Assembly: GCF_006345805.1 (NCBI RefSeq)
Contig: NC_043021.1
Span: forward strand, 23,002,001 to 23,066,000
Reading direction: 5' to 3'
Source: Octopus sinensis
Lineage: Eukaryota
Length of the DNA: 64,000 nt
The notes beneath the pieces were generated by a model. It saw only the letters and a list, made by a program, of their open reading frames with translations, had not been told where the DNA came from and made no database searches. This document shows, piece after piece, positions 13,301-25,891 of the stretch; position 1 is the first letter of the stretch; every line of letters begins with the position of its first letter. The translations under genes and the position numbers were made by a program.

Positions 13301-13914
13301 ATAAATTGTAAAAGTTAGAATTAGAGAGAGAGCGAGAGGAAGATTTTTCCCCCATTGCTGAAGTCACGTTACAACCATGACCTAATTAGGAGATTCACAC
13401 CCTGTTTTGTTTTTCTACACACCAGGAATGTACAAATATTATGCTTACATTTTACTTTAATATACAGTAGGGCTTTCTAACGTTTAAATTTGTTTCAGCA
13501 TTGCTGATTTCCGCTTGCGTGTATGTCTTTCTATGTATAAATATATATAGCGGGGTGTGTTGCGTGTTCCCATATTTGGTGCATGCGTGTGTACCAGCTT
13601 ATGAATAATTACGCAATATAAAAAGAAGTCCTACTTTTTATGTAGCAATACTAAATTCTATGCGTGTCACGAGTGTATAAATTTCAAGGATTGCGTTATG
13701 GAATATACCGGTCTCATGACTTCGAGTATCCATAACATAGACAGACATCTCCGACGGGATTTGATCTTAAAATGTAAATATTTTTTGTTAAATACCAGAT
13801 TGTATTTTGATCTGCAACTTTCCGAAGTATCAGCCGACGCCCTCAATGTAAACATCCCTAAATACAAACCAACAAGCTTAATTCTCCGTTCTTGCTTTTA
13901 ATTGCTAAAAATAA

Positions 13915-14527
13915 TTCTTTCTAATGTAAACACAACGTTTGAAAGTTTTTGGGGAAGGAGACAGTCACTCCTTCAACCCCACTGTACAACATGTACTCAT
14001 TTTATTCACCCCCGAAAGAATGAAAGGGAAAGTCAGCCGCGCTGACATTTGAACTTGAAACGTAAAACCAAATGACATGCTGCTAAGATATTTTACTAGC
14101 GCGGTAACAATTCTGTCTGCTCGCCTTCCTGTATTGCCATTATAAAAAAAAAAAAATTAAAGCAGGGGGGTCAAGTTGATTACGTCGGTCCCAGTACTCA
14201 ACTGGTCATTATTTTATCAGCACTCGAAAGTAAGTAATCCAAATTTAAATTTCGATGAAATTTGAACCCAGAAAGTAGTCGGAACTAATGCCGCTAGCTT
14301 TTTGACCAACGCAGTAACGTGCTAAAAATAATGCTTTCTACTATACGCACAAGACCTGAAATTTGGGGGAGGACGTGGGGGAAGGTATATCACATCGACT
14401 CCAGTGTATCACTGGTATTTAATTTATCGACTCCGGGAGGATGAAAGTCGACCCCGGCGGAATTAAAGCGAAGCGACGGGTGAAATACTGTTAAGTGTAC
14501 TAACGATTCTGCCACCTCGCCGCATTT
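13915..14527 (-). mobile_element. Cluster of decayed SINE A copies
   Basis: Repeated tcgac/aaggatgaaag/aacgattctgcca motifs. Confidence 0.7.
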
Positions 14528-14571
14528 AATTGCTTAAAAAAATAAAATAAAGATAATTATTATTATTATTA

Positions 14572-14703
14572 TTTCTTTCATGCCCACAAGGGGCTAAATA
14601 TAAAGGGGACAAACAAGGACAGAAACAGAGATTAAGTCAATTACATCGACCACAGTGTGAAACTGGTACTTCATTTATCGACCACGAAAGAATGAAAGGC
14701 AAA
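14572..14703 (-). mobile_element. SINE A 3' half, inverted against the next copy
   Basis: atttctttcatgcccacaagggg...aaagaatgaaaggcaaa. Confidence 0.88.
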
Positions 14704-15040
14704 GCGGTATTTCGTCTGCCGTTACGTTCTGAGTTCAAATTCCGCCGAGGTCGACTTTGCCTCTCATCCTTTCGGGGTCGATTAAATAAGTACCAGTTAC
14801 GCACTGGGGTCGATACAATCGACTTAATCCGTTTGTCTGTCCTTGTTTGTCCTCTCTGTGTTTAGCCCCTTGTGGGTAGTAAAGAAATAGGTATTTCGTC
14901 TGCCGCTACCTTCTGATTTCAAATTCCCCCGGGGTCAGCTTTGCCTTTCATCGTTTGGGGGTCGATAAATTAAGTGCTATTTGCATACTGGGGTCGATCT
15001 AATCGACTGGCCCCCTTCTCCCAGATTTCATGCTTGTGCC
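14704..15040 (+). mobile_element. SINE A head-to-tail dimer
   Basis: Units begin gtatttcgtctgcc; junction aaagaaataggtatttcgtctg near 14890. Confidence 0.9.
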
Positions 15041-15083
15041 TAGAGTAGAAAGGTCATCATCATCATCATCATCATTATTATTA

Positions 15084-15123
<40 letters not shown>

Positions 15124-15152
15124 GATGATGATGATGATGTTGAAACAGTGAT

Positions 15153-15345
15153 AAGGCGGTGAGCTAGCAGAATCGTTAGCACCCCGGGCGTAACGCCTAG
15201 TGGTATTTCGTCTGCCGCTAAGTTCTGAGTTCAAATTCCGTCGAAGTCGACTTTGCCTTTCATCATTTAGGGGTCGATTTAAATAAGTACCAGTTACGCA
15301 CTGGGGGTCAATGTAATCGACTTAATCCCTTCACCCAAATTCGAG
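15153..15345 (+). mobile_element. SINE A copy
   Basis: taaggcggtgagctagcagaatcgttagc...gtcgactttgcctttcatc. Confidence 0.88.
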
Positions 15346-16122
15346 CTCTTGCGCAAAGGAATATTATCAACTGCTGGTGGGAATTTGCCTGGGTGTATGG
15401 GTTTAAAATTTGTAGGCGGAACCACTATTAAAGAGTACTTTGGTTCCAATGCACCGATTGTTTAACGATATTCAATCTTATACCGACACATATTCTGCTT
15501 AGAGATATATCGTAGAGATAAAACATGCAAATGCTTTACCGGTATTCTTTTTGGTTGTGAGATCATTCGTGTCTGTGTGTGTGTGTGGGGGGGTGTATGC
15601 GTATGTTTGTGTGTTTGTTTCTTTGTATATGTGTTCGAGCGTGAAGAGTGTGTGTTTGTACATGTGTTCGTGTTTGTGTAGATACAAGTATACGTATAAA
15701 ATATATATATATATGTGTGTGTGTATGTATGTATTTGTCTGAGAATACGTAAGCATATCTGTATGTAGGTTTTAGGCTGCCATTCACCCATAAGCACTTT
15801 TAAGAACGTTTTTTTTTTCCCTCTCTACTTATTTTTCTTTGTGACGCACAGACAAGTACAATGCACACAGATTTTCTCATAACCCTTTCCGCTTTTCTAT
15901 CTTAGAAGCAACAAGTAACACTTAGATACGTCTACTTATGTGTCACATACACTCACACAGACACACACACACACACAATCACGAGCAAACGAACACATGC
16001 ATATATATATGTGTATGCACACATGTACGCACATGCCATGTAACCGAGTGATACTATAGTTAGCAAGGCTTCTTGTGCTAAGTGCTAAAATAATAGCGAA
16101 GTTGTGGATGCTGTTGTTGTTG

Positions 16123-16154
<32 letters not shown>

Positions 16155-16519
16155 GGTGGTAGTGGTCGTGGTGGTGGTGGTGGTGGTGGTGGTGGTGGTG
16201 TTGATAATGGTGCTCGTGTTGTTTTGTCCATAAGACCATCTTGAATAGAGCCGACATCAGAGATCAACTATCTTTGAAAATTCTAACAATATCATATGCT
16301 TTTTCGATTATGTTAAAGAAGGTGTCCTTCCCGTTGTAGTACGACTGAATTTGCGCCGAGGCGCAAATATACGATATTTCTTACTAGTGCAAGGACTACA
16401 CAGCGACCCATCGTAACTTCGGAGTAAATTTCTTGCTATTGATGTTAGCGTTGGTTTTTGGTGATATCATTGGTTTCAAATTTTTGCGCAAGGCCAGCAA
16501 TCTTTTTGTGCCTTGCATG

Positions 16520-16620
16520 GGGGTGGGTGAGTAAGTCAATTATATCGAACCCCAGTACTCAACTGGTACTTATTTTATCAACGATGAAAAGAATGAAAGG
16601 CGAAGTTGACTACGGCGGCA
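16520..16620 (-). mobile_element. SINE A fragment
   Basis: cgaaccccagtactcaactggtact...aatgaaaggcgaagttgac. Confidence 0.65.
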
Positions 16621-16629
16621 TATTGCGGC

Positions 16630-17313
16630 TGATATTATTAGGGATTGTCTGTACTCTGTCCCGTGTCTGTGCCAGCTATGGCATAGTTGGAATAATAGCG
16701 CTGCCCACCTTCACGAGAGAAAACTGGATCCGGTGGACTATGCAGAATAAAACCTTCCTGACTGAACCCATGGGATGGCGGTTGCTGTATCGCATCGTAG
16801 ATTGCAGAGAACAAGATGTCTCGATTCAAGCAAGACATTTTGGTCATCCTCTACATACGTGTCTATCCTAAATCGCTTTACCAGGTCCTTCACCTGGGTT
16901 TAAATTGGTCACAGACGAAAGAGTGAGATTGATACTGCGCAAAACCTCTGAGCTTTAAACAATGTATCAACGTAAGCCATGTCTTCCTTACGCACAACCA
17001 GATGGTCCACGTCGCTCCGACCCTCGAACATGAGTTTTAATAATAGACTTTTTGGCGATGAGGGAAGTTGTTCTGTTGGTGTTCTTGTATTGAGTCATGT
17101 TTAGGTCATAGTTCTTTCTGTCAGTGATGATAGAAGAGGGTGCGTTGTTTTTGGGGTGTGTGTAATCGTTCTGATAGGAGGAGATGATGACAACGTTTGG
17201 AGTGGTGGTGCTACCGTGTTAGTGATTAACCTAGCTTTGCTGATAATCTGTTCTTTAAGTGGTGTTGGCATTTGCATTAATAGTCTTGTGTTGTTAGTGG
17301 AGGACGTGGCCAT
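16630..17313 (-). pseudogene. Decayed ORF of unknown family, possibly a retroelement ORF1
   Basis: One frame runs MATSSTNN...TMT*T*LNTRTPTEQLPSSPKSLLLKLMFEGRSDVDHLVVRKEDMAYVDTLFKAQRFCAVSI, then shifts to QVKDLVKRFRIDTYVEDDQNVLLESRHLVLCNLRC; non-repetitive composition; family not recognised. Confidence 0.45.
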
Positions 17314-17399
17314 GTGGGAGTATTAGTCGCGTAGTAGTGATAGAAAGGTGATAATTAAGATGGTGCAGTAACAGTTAATGTTTGTCTGCCACTATAGCG

Positions 17400-18060
17400 G
17401 ATGTATAAGATGTAGTGATTTATGGAGTTTAAAATCGATGATAAACAATAGAATCTGCTGCCAATATTAACTAACAATTTGGCCGGAGGGCTACCACGAA
17501 TCTCCTTCTCATCAAATTTCAGTGTTTGAGAACTGAGCTTTAAATATGAAGAAGGTCTGGGCAACCTTTTGTAATTTGCGAAGTAAATTGATAGCCATTT
17601 TGGAATTCGACCAAAACAAATCAACTTTTGAAATAGCAGAAAAAATTGAAGTTGACTATTCAACATCAACAATTGTTGAAGACTGGGCCAAGACTTAGAC
17701 GACCAAAGAACATTCAAGGAAAAAAAGATATCGTATATATTATCTCGACAAAGAAAACTGTTTGTTGCAAAGATTGCTCAGGGGTTCTTTTGAGCAGCAA
17801 AATCAGTGCAGATCTTCATCAAAATGTGATATGCAAGATTTTTTAAAAAAATGGATTTTCTTCGAGAATTAACAGCGTTCTATACAGTCTCAGGATGAAG
17901 GTTAAAAAACCAAACAAGTTTTCCAAATGAAAAGAAATTCATTAGTTATGGACAGTTTAATGGACAATGTGTAGAAACTTGAACGGCTCTACTTTGAATC
18001 CTGACGAAATATCACATTACATCCCATTAGCGGTCTGGCGAAAAGTGTGACAAACAGAAT
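17400..18060 (+). pseudogene. Mariner (Tc1/mariner) transposase relic, N-terminal half
   Basis: MEFKIDDK/IESAANIN*QFG, YEE/RSGQP and KLIAILEFDQNKSTFEIAEKIEVDYST match the mariner paired-like HTH region; many stops and frameshifts. Confidence 0.8.
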
Positions 18061-18787
18061 GTGTACCAAGCATCCGTTTTAAAAAATAATAGCTACCGTT
18101 ATCGATTTGTTTTACTCAAAATCTCACAGTCGTGCACCAGCATGGCCGTAGTACCAATAACTGAAGCAAGTAAAAGATGAAATAAAATTGAAACATATCA
18201 TTTCACGCAGCAGAGATAGAAAGAACTAAATTACAAAAAGCATATTTAACTGAACTTGTAAAACTTTTCAAGGACTAACTCGCGTATCTTCAAGTATCAT
18301 CTGCGAAGAGTCTTCATCGGTTTAGGAAGCAACTGGGAACGAAACAAATAAACACTAAAAATAAAATTAAATATTTGAAAAATTCATTTGCTCTTGCAGG
18401 TAACAAGAAATATGTGCTACGAAATTATATATTGACTTGCTTCCTGTCGGCAAAAGATATGTAAAGTCCAATATTGTGCAAAATAAAATTTATTTTGTGC
18501 AGTTACGCACGTTTGTATATAAATATATGTGTATGTATGTATGTATCTATTTTTAACACCAGCTTAAATCAGTCCATACACATAACTATTACCAAATGTG
18601 TTGAGTATATATATGTATACATGTACATATATATATATGTATACATATATATGTACATATATATATGTATACATATATATGTACATATATATATGTATAC
18701 ATATATATGTACACATATATATTATATATATATATATATGTATATATATGTAACTACTACCAAATGTGTTCAGTTTATTTCCTCACT

Positions 18788-18835
<48 letters not shown>

Positions 18836-19605
18836 CTTATATGCACACACACACACAGAGTAGGAGAGAGAGTGGGTGCTTGAGAGTGATAAAGATATAT
18901 ATTTTACAGCGATATATATCTGAATTCATATTAAACGAGACATATTTCTTTCTATGTTCAAAAGAATTTTGTTAGTCATTAAATTCATTTTAAAATACTG
19001 CTCTACACTTCAATGCTAATGTTCCTGGATATCCTCTTAGCACCAAAATTGGTGGAACCGTTGCAGCCCGTCCAACGTCTGCAAGTTTCTGAAATTATTT
19101 TGACGTACGACAGTGGTCGAAGGAAAAATTTCAGGGCGCTAAATGCATATAACATGGCTGCCGTATATGGTGGCTTATAAGACGCGATCTTTTATTCTTA
19201 AATTTAACAAAACGTTTCCTTGGGTCCAATATGGATGTATTAGGGATGGCATACCCAGTGTATGAGCGTATCATGAATCATTATCTTTGAATTTTTCTCA
19301 AAATATACTGTTTTTTTCCATAAACATGTAGGTGTTTATCCTAAGGGTGATTGCGTCCTATACCACGGTAATTACAGTATGTATGTATGTATAAATGTAT
19401 GTGTATACATGTATATGTTTATGTATCTGCATCTATTCTGTTCTATGGGCAAATAGCTTTCTATAATTCTTTGTCTCACTCATTATCTCTCTATCTCTCA
19501 CCCCATTTCTGTTTTGGTTTTAATTTTCTCCTATCCATAATTATTTAAATGTTTTCTGAATCCTACCGCTACCATTCCTCATTTACACAATCCTCCCTCT
19601 TTCAT

Positions 19606-19642
<37 letters not shown>

Positions 19643-19814
19643 CTCTCTCTCTCTCTCTTCCACTTCCATTTATACAATTACTGCTAAATTCTTCCTTCCT
19701 ATCTTCCATTAACATCATCCTACAAACAATCCCCTTTCTTCCGTTTGACATTTTTTCTTCACGTCTCTACTTCCTCAAACATTCAATAATTCATTTTTAT
19801 TACAATTATCATAG

Positions 19815-20310
19815 TTGTTACGACGAAAGATGTTGTGTGGTGGACGAGGCTGGAAGGAGTGAGAAAAAATATCTTCCGCTTCGGTTAAGCCCTCATCGAG
19901 TGTTCAAAATTTCACTTGGAAAACAAAGTGAGAGTGGAGAAGGAAAAGTGACTTTCCAGTGAATTGTAAAAGGGTGAGCGACTGCGGCAAAAATGGATAG
20001 GGTGGATGAATCTACTCTATGCACACGTCTGTAGGTTAGAGCACAATATTTGGTTGTGGGATCGTGTCAGTAGTGACCAGAGCAATCATGGATCTGTGGA
20101 GTTATTTGATTGGACCTATTTGGAGGTTTTCCCTGTATGAGAAGAACTGCATTATTCATATATTCATATATTTTATTTACTATTTATACTATATCAAATT
20201 TAGCAGGCATTTCCCGTTGTCCCCCTTTCTTCTTTAAGTTAACGCCCACACAAATTGTACACCGTTCTTGTGATGTACCCCTATCTATGCATCTGTGTCA
20301 AATAAAGAAA
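19815..20310 (+). mobile_element. L1/Tx1-like LINE 3' end
   Basis: TKDVVWWTRLEGVRKNIFRFG*ALIECSKFHLENKVRVEKEK...AAKMDRVDESTL, then a 3'UTR ending in AATAAA at 20301. Confidence 0.72.
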
Positions 20311-20665
20311 TGATTAACATTATTTTTGGTTGTTATTATTATTCAGTAGTCTTAATTTTGTCGCTTGCATTCACTACACTACCGAGCGCAGCTCTGTGTG
20401 CCTTGGGTATGTGCTATGGTCTTTTATGGCGCTCTCATTTTCACTACATTAATTCAATAACTGGTCAAAGATTATTATTATTATTATTATTATTATTATT
20501 GTTATTGATTGTTTAATTTACAATAGGACCTTCATTTAACCAAGGCTTCTTCGGCCTGATGATCGGCTGGTTAAGTACCCCTAGATGTGCAATTGATATT
20601 TCCGAGGTCCTACTAGCTACGAAACATATGTAGCCTGTATTTTTCCGATTTCATTCCCTCAATTT

Positions 20666-20733
<68 letters not shown>

Positions 20734-20974
20734 AGTTTTAGTTTTAGTCCAAGGACTGCGGTCATTCTGGGGCACCACCTTTTACGTTTCTACACGTTCA
20801 CTAAACCTCCTTCCATACGTGACATTTGGTGGATGATGGAGCTTGATATAATGATATCTCAATGTAAGCTGCAAGGATCAAAGTGTAGGAAGTTGGTAAT
20901 CTTCGAGCAGTCCGGAGAACATATAAAAAAACAACTTTTAGGAACAATTGTAGTTTATTGATGTAGAAGGTTTC

Positions 20975-21209
20975 TCTTTTACTCGTTCACTTGTTTCAGT
21001 CATTTGACTGTGGCCATACTGGAGCACCGCCTTCAGCCGAGCAAATCCACCCCAGGACTTACTCGTTCTAAGCCTAGTACTTATTCTATCGGTCTCTTTT
21101 GCCCAACCGCTAAGTTACATGGACGTAAACACACCACCAGTGGTTGTCAAGCGATATTGGCAGGACAAACACAGACACACAAACACACACACACACACAC
21201 ACACACACA

Positions 21210-21258
<49 letters not shown>

Positions 21259-21395
21259 CGACGGGCTTCTTTCAGTTTCCGTCTACCAAATCCACTCACA
21301 AGGCTTTGGCCGGCCCGAGGCTATAGTAAAAGACACTTGCCCAAGGTGTCAGGCAGTGGGAATGAACTCGGAACCATGCGGTTGGTAAGCAAGCT
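20975..21395 (-). mobile_element. SINE B, near full-length
   Basis: Tail, internal (CA)(TA) microsatellite and head, all reverse-complemented. Confidence 0.92.
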
Positions 21396-21819
21396 ATTTT
21401 ATTTCATAAATATTTGCCATGAAGGCATTACAAAGAGGGGACGAACAAGAACAGACGAACATAAAAGGGTGAAGTAGCTGTAGCGATTAAATATTTACAA
21501 TGTAAAAATACAATTATTTAATGAATATGTTTATAATTTTTGACTTGAGCGTTGCTCATTATAAATGAAATTTGTAATGGCTTCTCTGCAGGATAGGCAT
21601 CCGACCACCAGGGTAGACCCCTTGCTTTTTGTAAACGGTTGTCCTTCTCTTCATATTTTCAACACTAGGGGAAGGTGATATCTGTATATCTCCACCCTCC
21701 TCTTTCATTCTCTCAAAAAGCTCGGAGAGGTTCTCCGTTTGTGTTACTACATTTTTACATGATACAGCGGTTACAGCCGCGAACCTTTTTGCTGGCTCAT
21801 GCAGCGGGTTAGTTTTTAC

Positions 21820-22150
21820 TCTTTTACTTGTTTCAGTCATTTGAGTGCGGCCATGCTGGAGCACCGCCTTTAGTCGAGCAAATCGACCCCGGGACTTATT
21901 CTTTTGTAAGCCCAGTACTTATTCTATCGGTATCTTTTGCCGAACCGCTAAGTAACGGGGACGTAAACACACCAGCATCGGTTGTCAAGCAATGCTAGGG
22001 GGACAAACACATACACACAAACATACACGCACACACATATATATATACATATATATACGACGGGCTTCTTTTTCAGTTTCCGTCTACCAAATCCACTCAC
22101 AAGGCTTTGGTCGGCCCGCAGTGGGACTGAACCCGGAACCATGTGGTTGG
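21820..22150 (-). mobile_element. SINE B with an internal deletion in the head
   Basis: tttacttgtttcagtcattt...cgacgggcttc...gggactgaacccggaaccatgtgg. Confidence 0.9.
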
Positions 22151-22189
22151 TTCGACCGACGTATTCGTTCGAAATAAATTTATACTCAA

Positions 22190-22672
22190 TTTAATCCCAG
22201 AAAATGGGAAACCTATAATTTTTTTTACTTTTATTTTTTTTTTCTCTTAACAAGGACAACAGTTCAAATCCCACCCCCGCTGGTGGGACAGTAGTAACAA
22301 CAAAACCTACAACATTCGAAATGAATTTTTTTTCCACACAATAATAAAAATACAGAATCCCCCAAAACGGGAAACCTATAATATTTGTTTCTCACAATGA
22401 GGACAACAGTTCAAATCTCACCCCCGCTGGGGTCGAGACGTAACAACAAAGGCTACAGCGTTCGAAATTAAATTTTCCACACAGTAATAAAAATACAGTA
22501 TCCCAAAAACGGGAAACCTATAATATTTTTTTTCCTCACAACGAAGACAACAGCTCAAATCTCCCCCATGCTAGGGGCGGGCACCACAATAGAACCTACA
22601 ACGGCTAAAATTTAATTTTTCACGCAGTAATAAATTGTTTATCCCCAAAACCGGGAAGCCTATAATATTTCT
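22190..22672. repeat. Minisatellite, about 142-bp unit, about 3.3 diverged copies
   Basis: The marker gggaa(a/g)cctataat recurs at 22206, 22369, 22511 and 22653. Confidence 0.88.
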
Positions 22673-22673
22673 T

Positions 22674-22950
22674 GGATCTTTTCCTTTTGAACGGCACTTT
22701 TCAACACAATTTCTAGTTAACTAAATACTTTTAAACTTCGTATACTGGCAGAATGTGTCAAAATAAACATTTTTTTCTCTTGGCTTGCTTGAGATAATTG
22801 TAATTTGTAAGTTTAACGTAGTTTAATTTTTCGAATTTTAACCAATCCTACGCCTTCTATTTAGCTAAAATCATTTGCTGCGTCTAAAGCTGAGACAACA
22901 TCCTGTAACTAACCCGAACTCTAACCCTAACCCTCACCATAACCCTAAAT
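22674..22950 (+). mobile_element. Probable end of a non-autonomous DNA element, with internal ctaaccctaacc motifs
   Basis: Begins ggatcttttccttttgaacggc, which I recall as a terminus of a common octopus repeat (unverified); the partner end is not seen. Confidence 0.45.
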
Positions 22951-23339
22951 TTTAGCCTTTCGTTTATTTGTTTTCTTAATTGTTAAATTAATTTAATTGT
23001 TACGCGTGTGTCTAAAATTATTCGTTTTGTTTTTGTTTTGAGTTTTTGCTTTCGTTTTAGCCTTTCGTTTTTTTTTCTTAATTGTTATCCTTAAATTAAT
23101 TTAACATTTAAGAAAAAAAACGAAAGGCTAAAATTTAGGGTTAGAGAGAAAGAAGTATAGAGAAGGTGTGTAAAACAATTTTTTATATCTTTCCAGCAAG
23201 CTATCAATCAGTGTATTTATCTATTTATTGTGATGTGTTTTTATTTATCTATATATCTATTTTTGTGCATATCTATCGACCACTCTCCTTCTCCCTTTTT
23301 CTCTCTCTTTCTCTGTCTACCTATTTACCTGTCTACGTA

Positions 23340-23370
23340 TCTACCTTCCGACCTATCTATCTATCTATCC

Positions 23371-23448
<78 letters not shown>

Positions 23449-23468
23449 CTATCTGTATGTCTGTCTAC

Positions 23469-23511
<43 letters not shown>

Positions 23512-23582
23512 CCTATCTATCTATCTATCTATCTATCTATCTGTATGTCTGTCTACCTATCTATCTATCTATCTATCTATCG

Positions 23583-23645
<63 letters not shown>

Positions 23646-23915
23646 CATGTATCCATCTATCTATCTATCTATCCATCTATCTATCTATCTATCTATCTCT
23701 GTATGAAAACTTTTGCAGATATGTATGTGTATATGTGGGTATGTGTGTGGCCATGTGTACGGGTGAGTTGACGTGTGTGTATGTGTGTGCATGTGTATGT
23801 GTGAGTTCGTGTGTGCGAGTTCGCTTTAATATATGTATGTATATATATATATAAATAATATATATATTTATATATGTTTATACGCATATGTGTATTTTCA
23901 TATATCCTTATATAT

Positions 23916-23962
<47 letters not shown>

Positions 23963-24293
23963 TATGTATATATATACACACACATACACACATAATATAC
24001 TTATATACAAATGTATGCATATATGTATGTATATATATATATATATTATACATCTTTACATACACATATACTTTTACCGATGTCTGCATATATGTACTTT
24101 TATGCATGCATGTATGTATGCATTTGTGCATGTAACATGCATACATGCATTTGTGTGCGTATGTATACTCTTACGTGCCTTTGCGCTCGTGTGTCTATGA
24201 ACGTCTGTGTGTATGTATGGAACATCGGGCACCGAAAGTGAATGAAAGTAAAAATAAAAGAGCGGTGGAAAGTGAGTGTGAAACGGAGAGGCA

Positions 24294-24329
<36 letters not shown>

Positions 24330-24607
24330 GGGAGAAGTAAATGTGAGCGAAATGTGCAAATAATGTGTGTCAGTGTGAGCGTGTTAGTGTGCGTGTGTGT
24401 GTATGTGTGTGTCTGTGGGTGAGTGTGTGGGTTTGTGTATATGCGTGCTTGTGTGTGAGGGAGAGAGAGCGTCAGTGTGTGTGTGTGTGTGTATGTGTAC
24501 GTGTGTGTATGTGTGTGTGTGTATGTGTGTTGTGTATATGTGTGCTTGTGTGTGAGGGAGAGAGAGAAAGAGAAAGAGAGAGAGAGAGAGAGAGAAAAGA
24601 GAGAGAA

Positions 24608-24665
<58 letters not shown>

Positions 24666-24731
24666 TGTGTGTGTGTGGGGTGTTTGTGTATATGTGTGCT
24701 TGTGTGTGAGGGAGAGAGAGAGAGTGTGTGA

Positions 24732-24763
<32 letters not shown>

Positions 24764-24990
24764 TTGTGTGTGTTTGTGGGGTGAGTGTGTGTGTTTGTGT
24801 ATATGTGTGCCTGTGTGTGAGGGAGAGAGAGTTGTGTGTGTGTATGTGTGTGTGTGTGTTTGTTTGTGGGGTGAGTGTGTGTTTGAGTATATGTGTGCTT
24901 GTGTGTGAGGGAGATATATATATATAGAGAGAGAGTGTGTGTGTGTGTGTGTATGTGTGTGTGTGTGTATGTGTGTGTGTGTGTGTGTGT
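23340..24990. repeat. Long compound microsatellite field (TCTA, TA, TG, GA)
   Basis: Visible repeats, including about 5 copies of a higher-order unit at 24380-24960. Confidence 0.95.
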
Positions 24991-25074
24991 GTAACTGGAT
25001 GAATGTACGGTAGGACGTACCGAACGAACGAATGAAGTAAAGCTATCTATACAAATAGCGATGGGCCGAATAAG

Positions 25075-25830
25075 GCAGGGAGAGAGAGAAAGAGAAGGGG
25101 TGAGAGAGAAAGAGAAGGAGTGAGAGAAAGAGAGATAGGGGAGGAGGAGGATGTGAGAAAGAGAGATTAGAGAGACGTAGAGGAAAAGAGACAGAGCGAA
25201 AAGGAGAAAAAGTGTGTGGAAGTGAAAGACGAGAGAGGGGTAGAAACTGTGAGAGGAAGGAAGAGAAATAGAAAGATAGTAAGTTTGTGAGTGAGGGAGG
25301 GAATGAGGAGTGTCTGAGTGAGTGAATGAGTGAGTGAGGGAGATAGTTAGGAAAGAATGAAATGAAATATAGAGGTGGTATTAGAGATGAAGAAAGCGAT
25401 GAGGCGAGAGTGAGAGAGTGAAAGAGAGTGAAGGAGAGTGAGAGAGAGAGAGAGATTAAGTTTAGTAGGGAGAGAACACTATCCAGAGTGAGATAGATAG
25501 AAAGAGAAAGAGGGAGAGAGAATGAAAGAGGAAGAGAGGAGAGAGAGAGAGAGAGAGAGAAATAGAAAAATAATGAAAGCCGGATTGATGTATTAGAGGA
25601 AGGAAAATAAAGAAGGAGATATAGAAAGGCGAGAAAGAGATAGAGAGAGAGAGAGAGAGAGATAAAGAGATAGAGAGACAGAGAAAAAAAAGAGAGAGAG
25701 AGAGAGTGAGAAATTACGGTGATTTTGAAAAAGAGACAAACAGAGTGTGTAGGAGATAGGAAATGCATGGAATAGAGGAAGAGAGGAATAGAGGAATAGA
25801 ATTTTAGAGGAATAGAGAAGAAGTAAAAAG
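25075..25830 (+). other. About 750-bp purine-rich (GA) tract directly upstream of the candidate exon
   Basis: Strongly purine-skewed + strand. Confidence 0.85.
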
Positions 25831-25891
25831 ACGAGCAGTAGATAGAACGACGAAAGCCAAGCTTCGAAGTAAAAGCGAATACTTTGCCATC

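Noticed and set aside
16349-16368. Palindrome atttgcgcc-ga-ggcgcaaat, and atttccgcgcggaaat at 61583-61598
   Set aside because: Stems of 8-9 bp are expected by chance a few times in 64 kb.
22915-22948. Interstitial telomere
   Set aside because: Only 3-4 imperfect CCCTAA units, located inside a repeat element.
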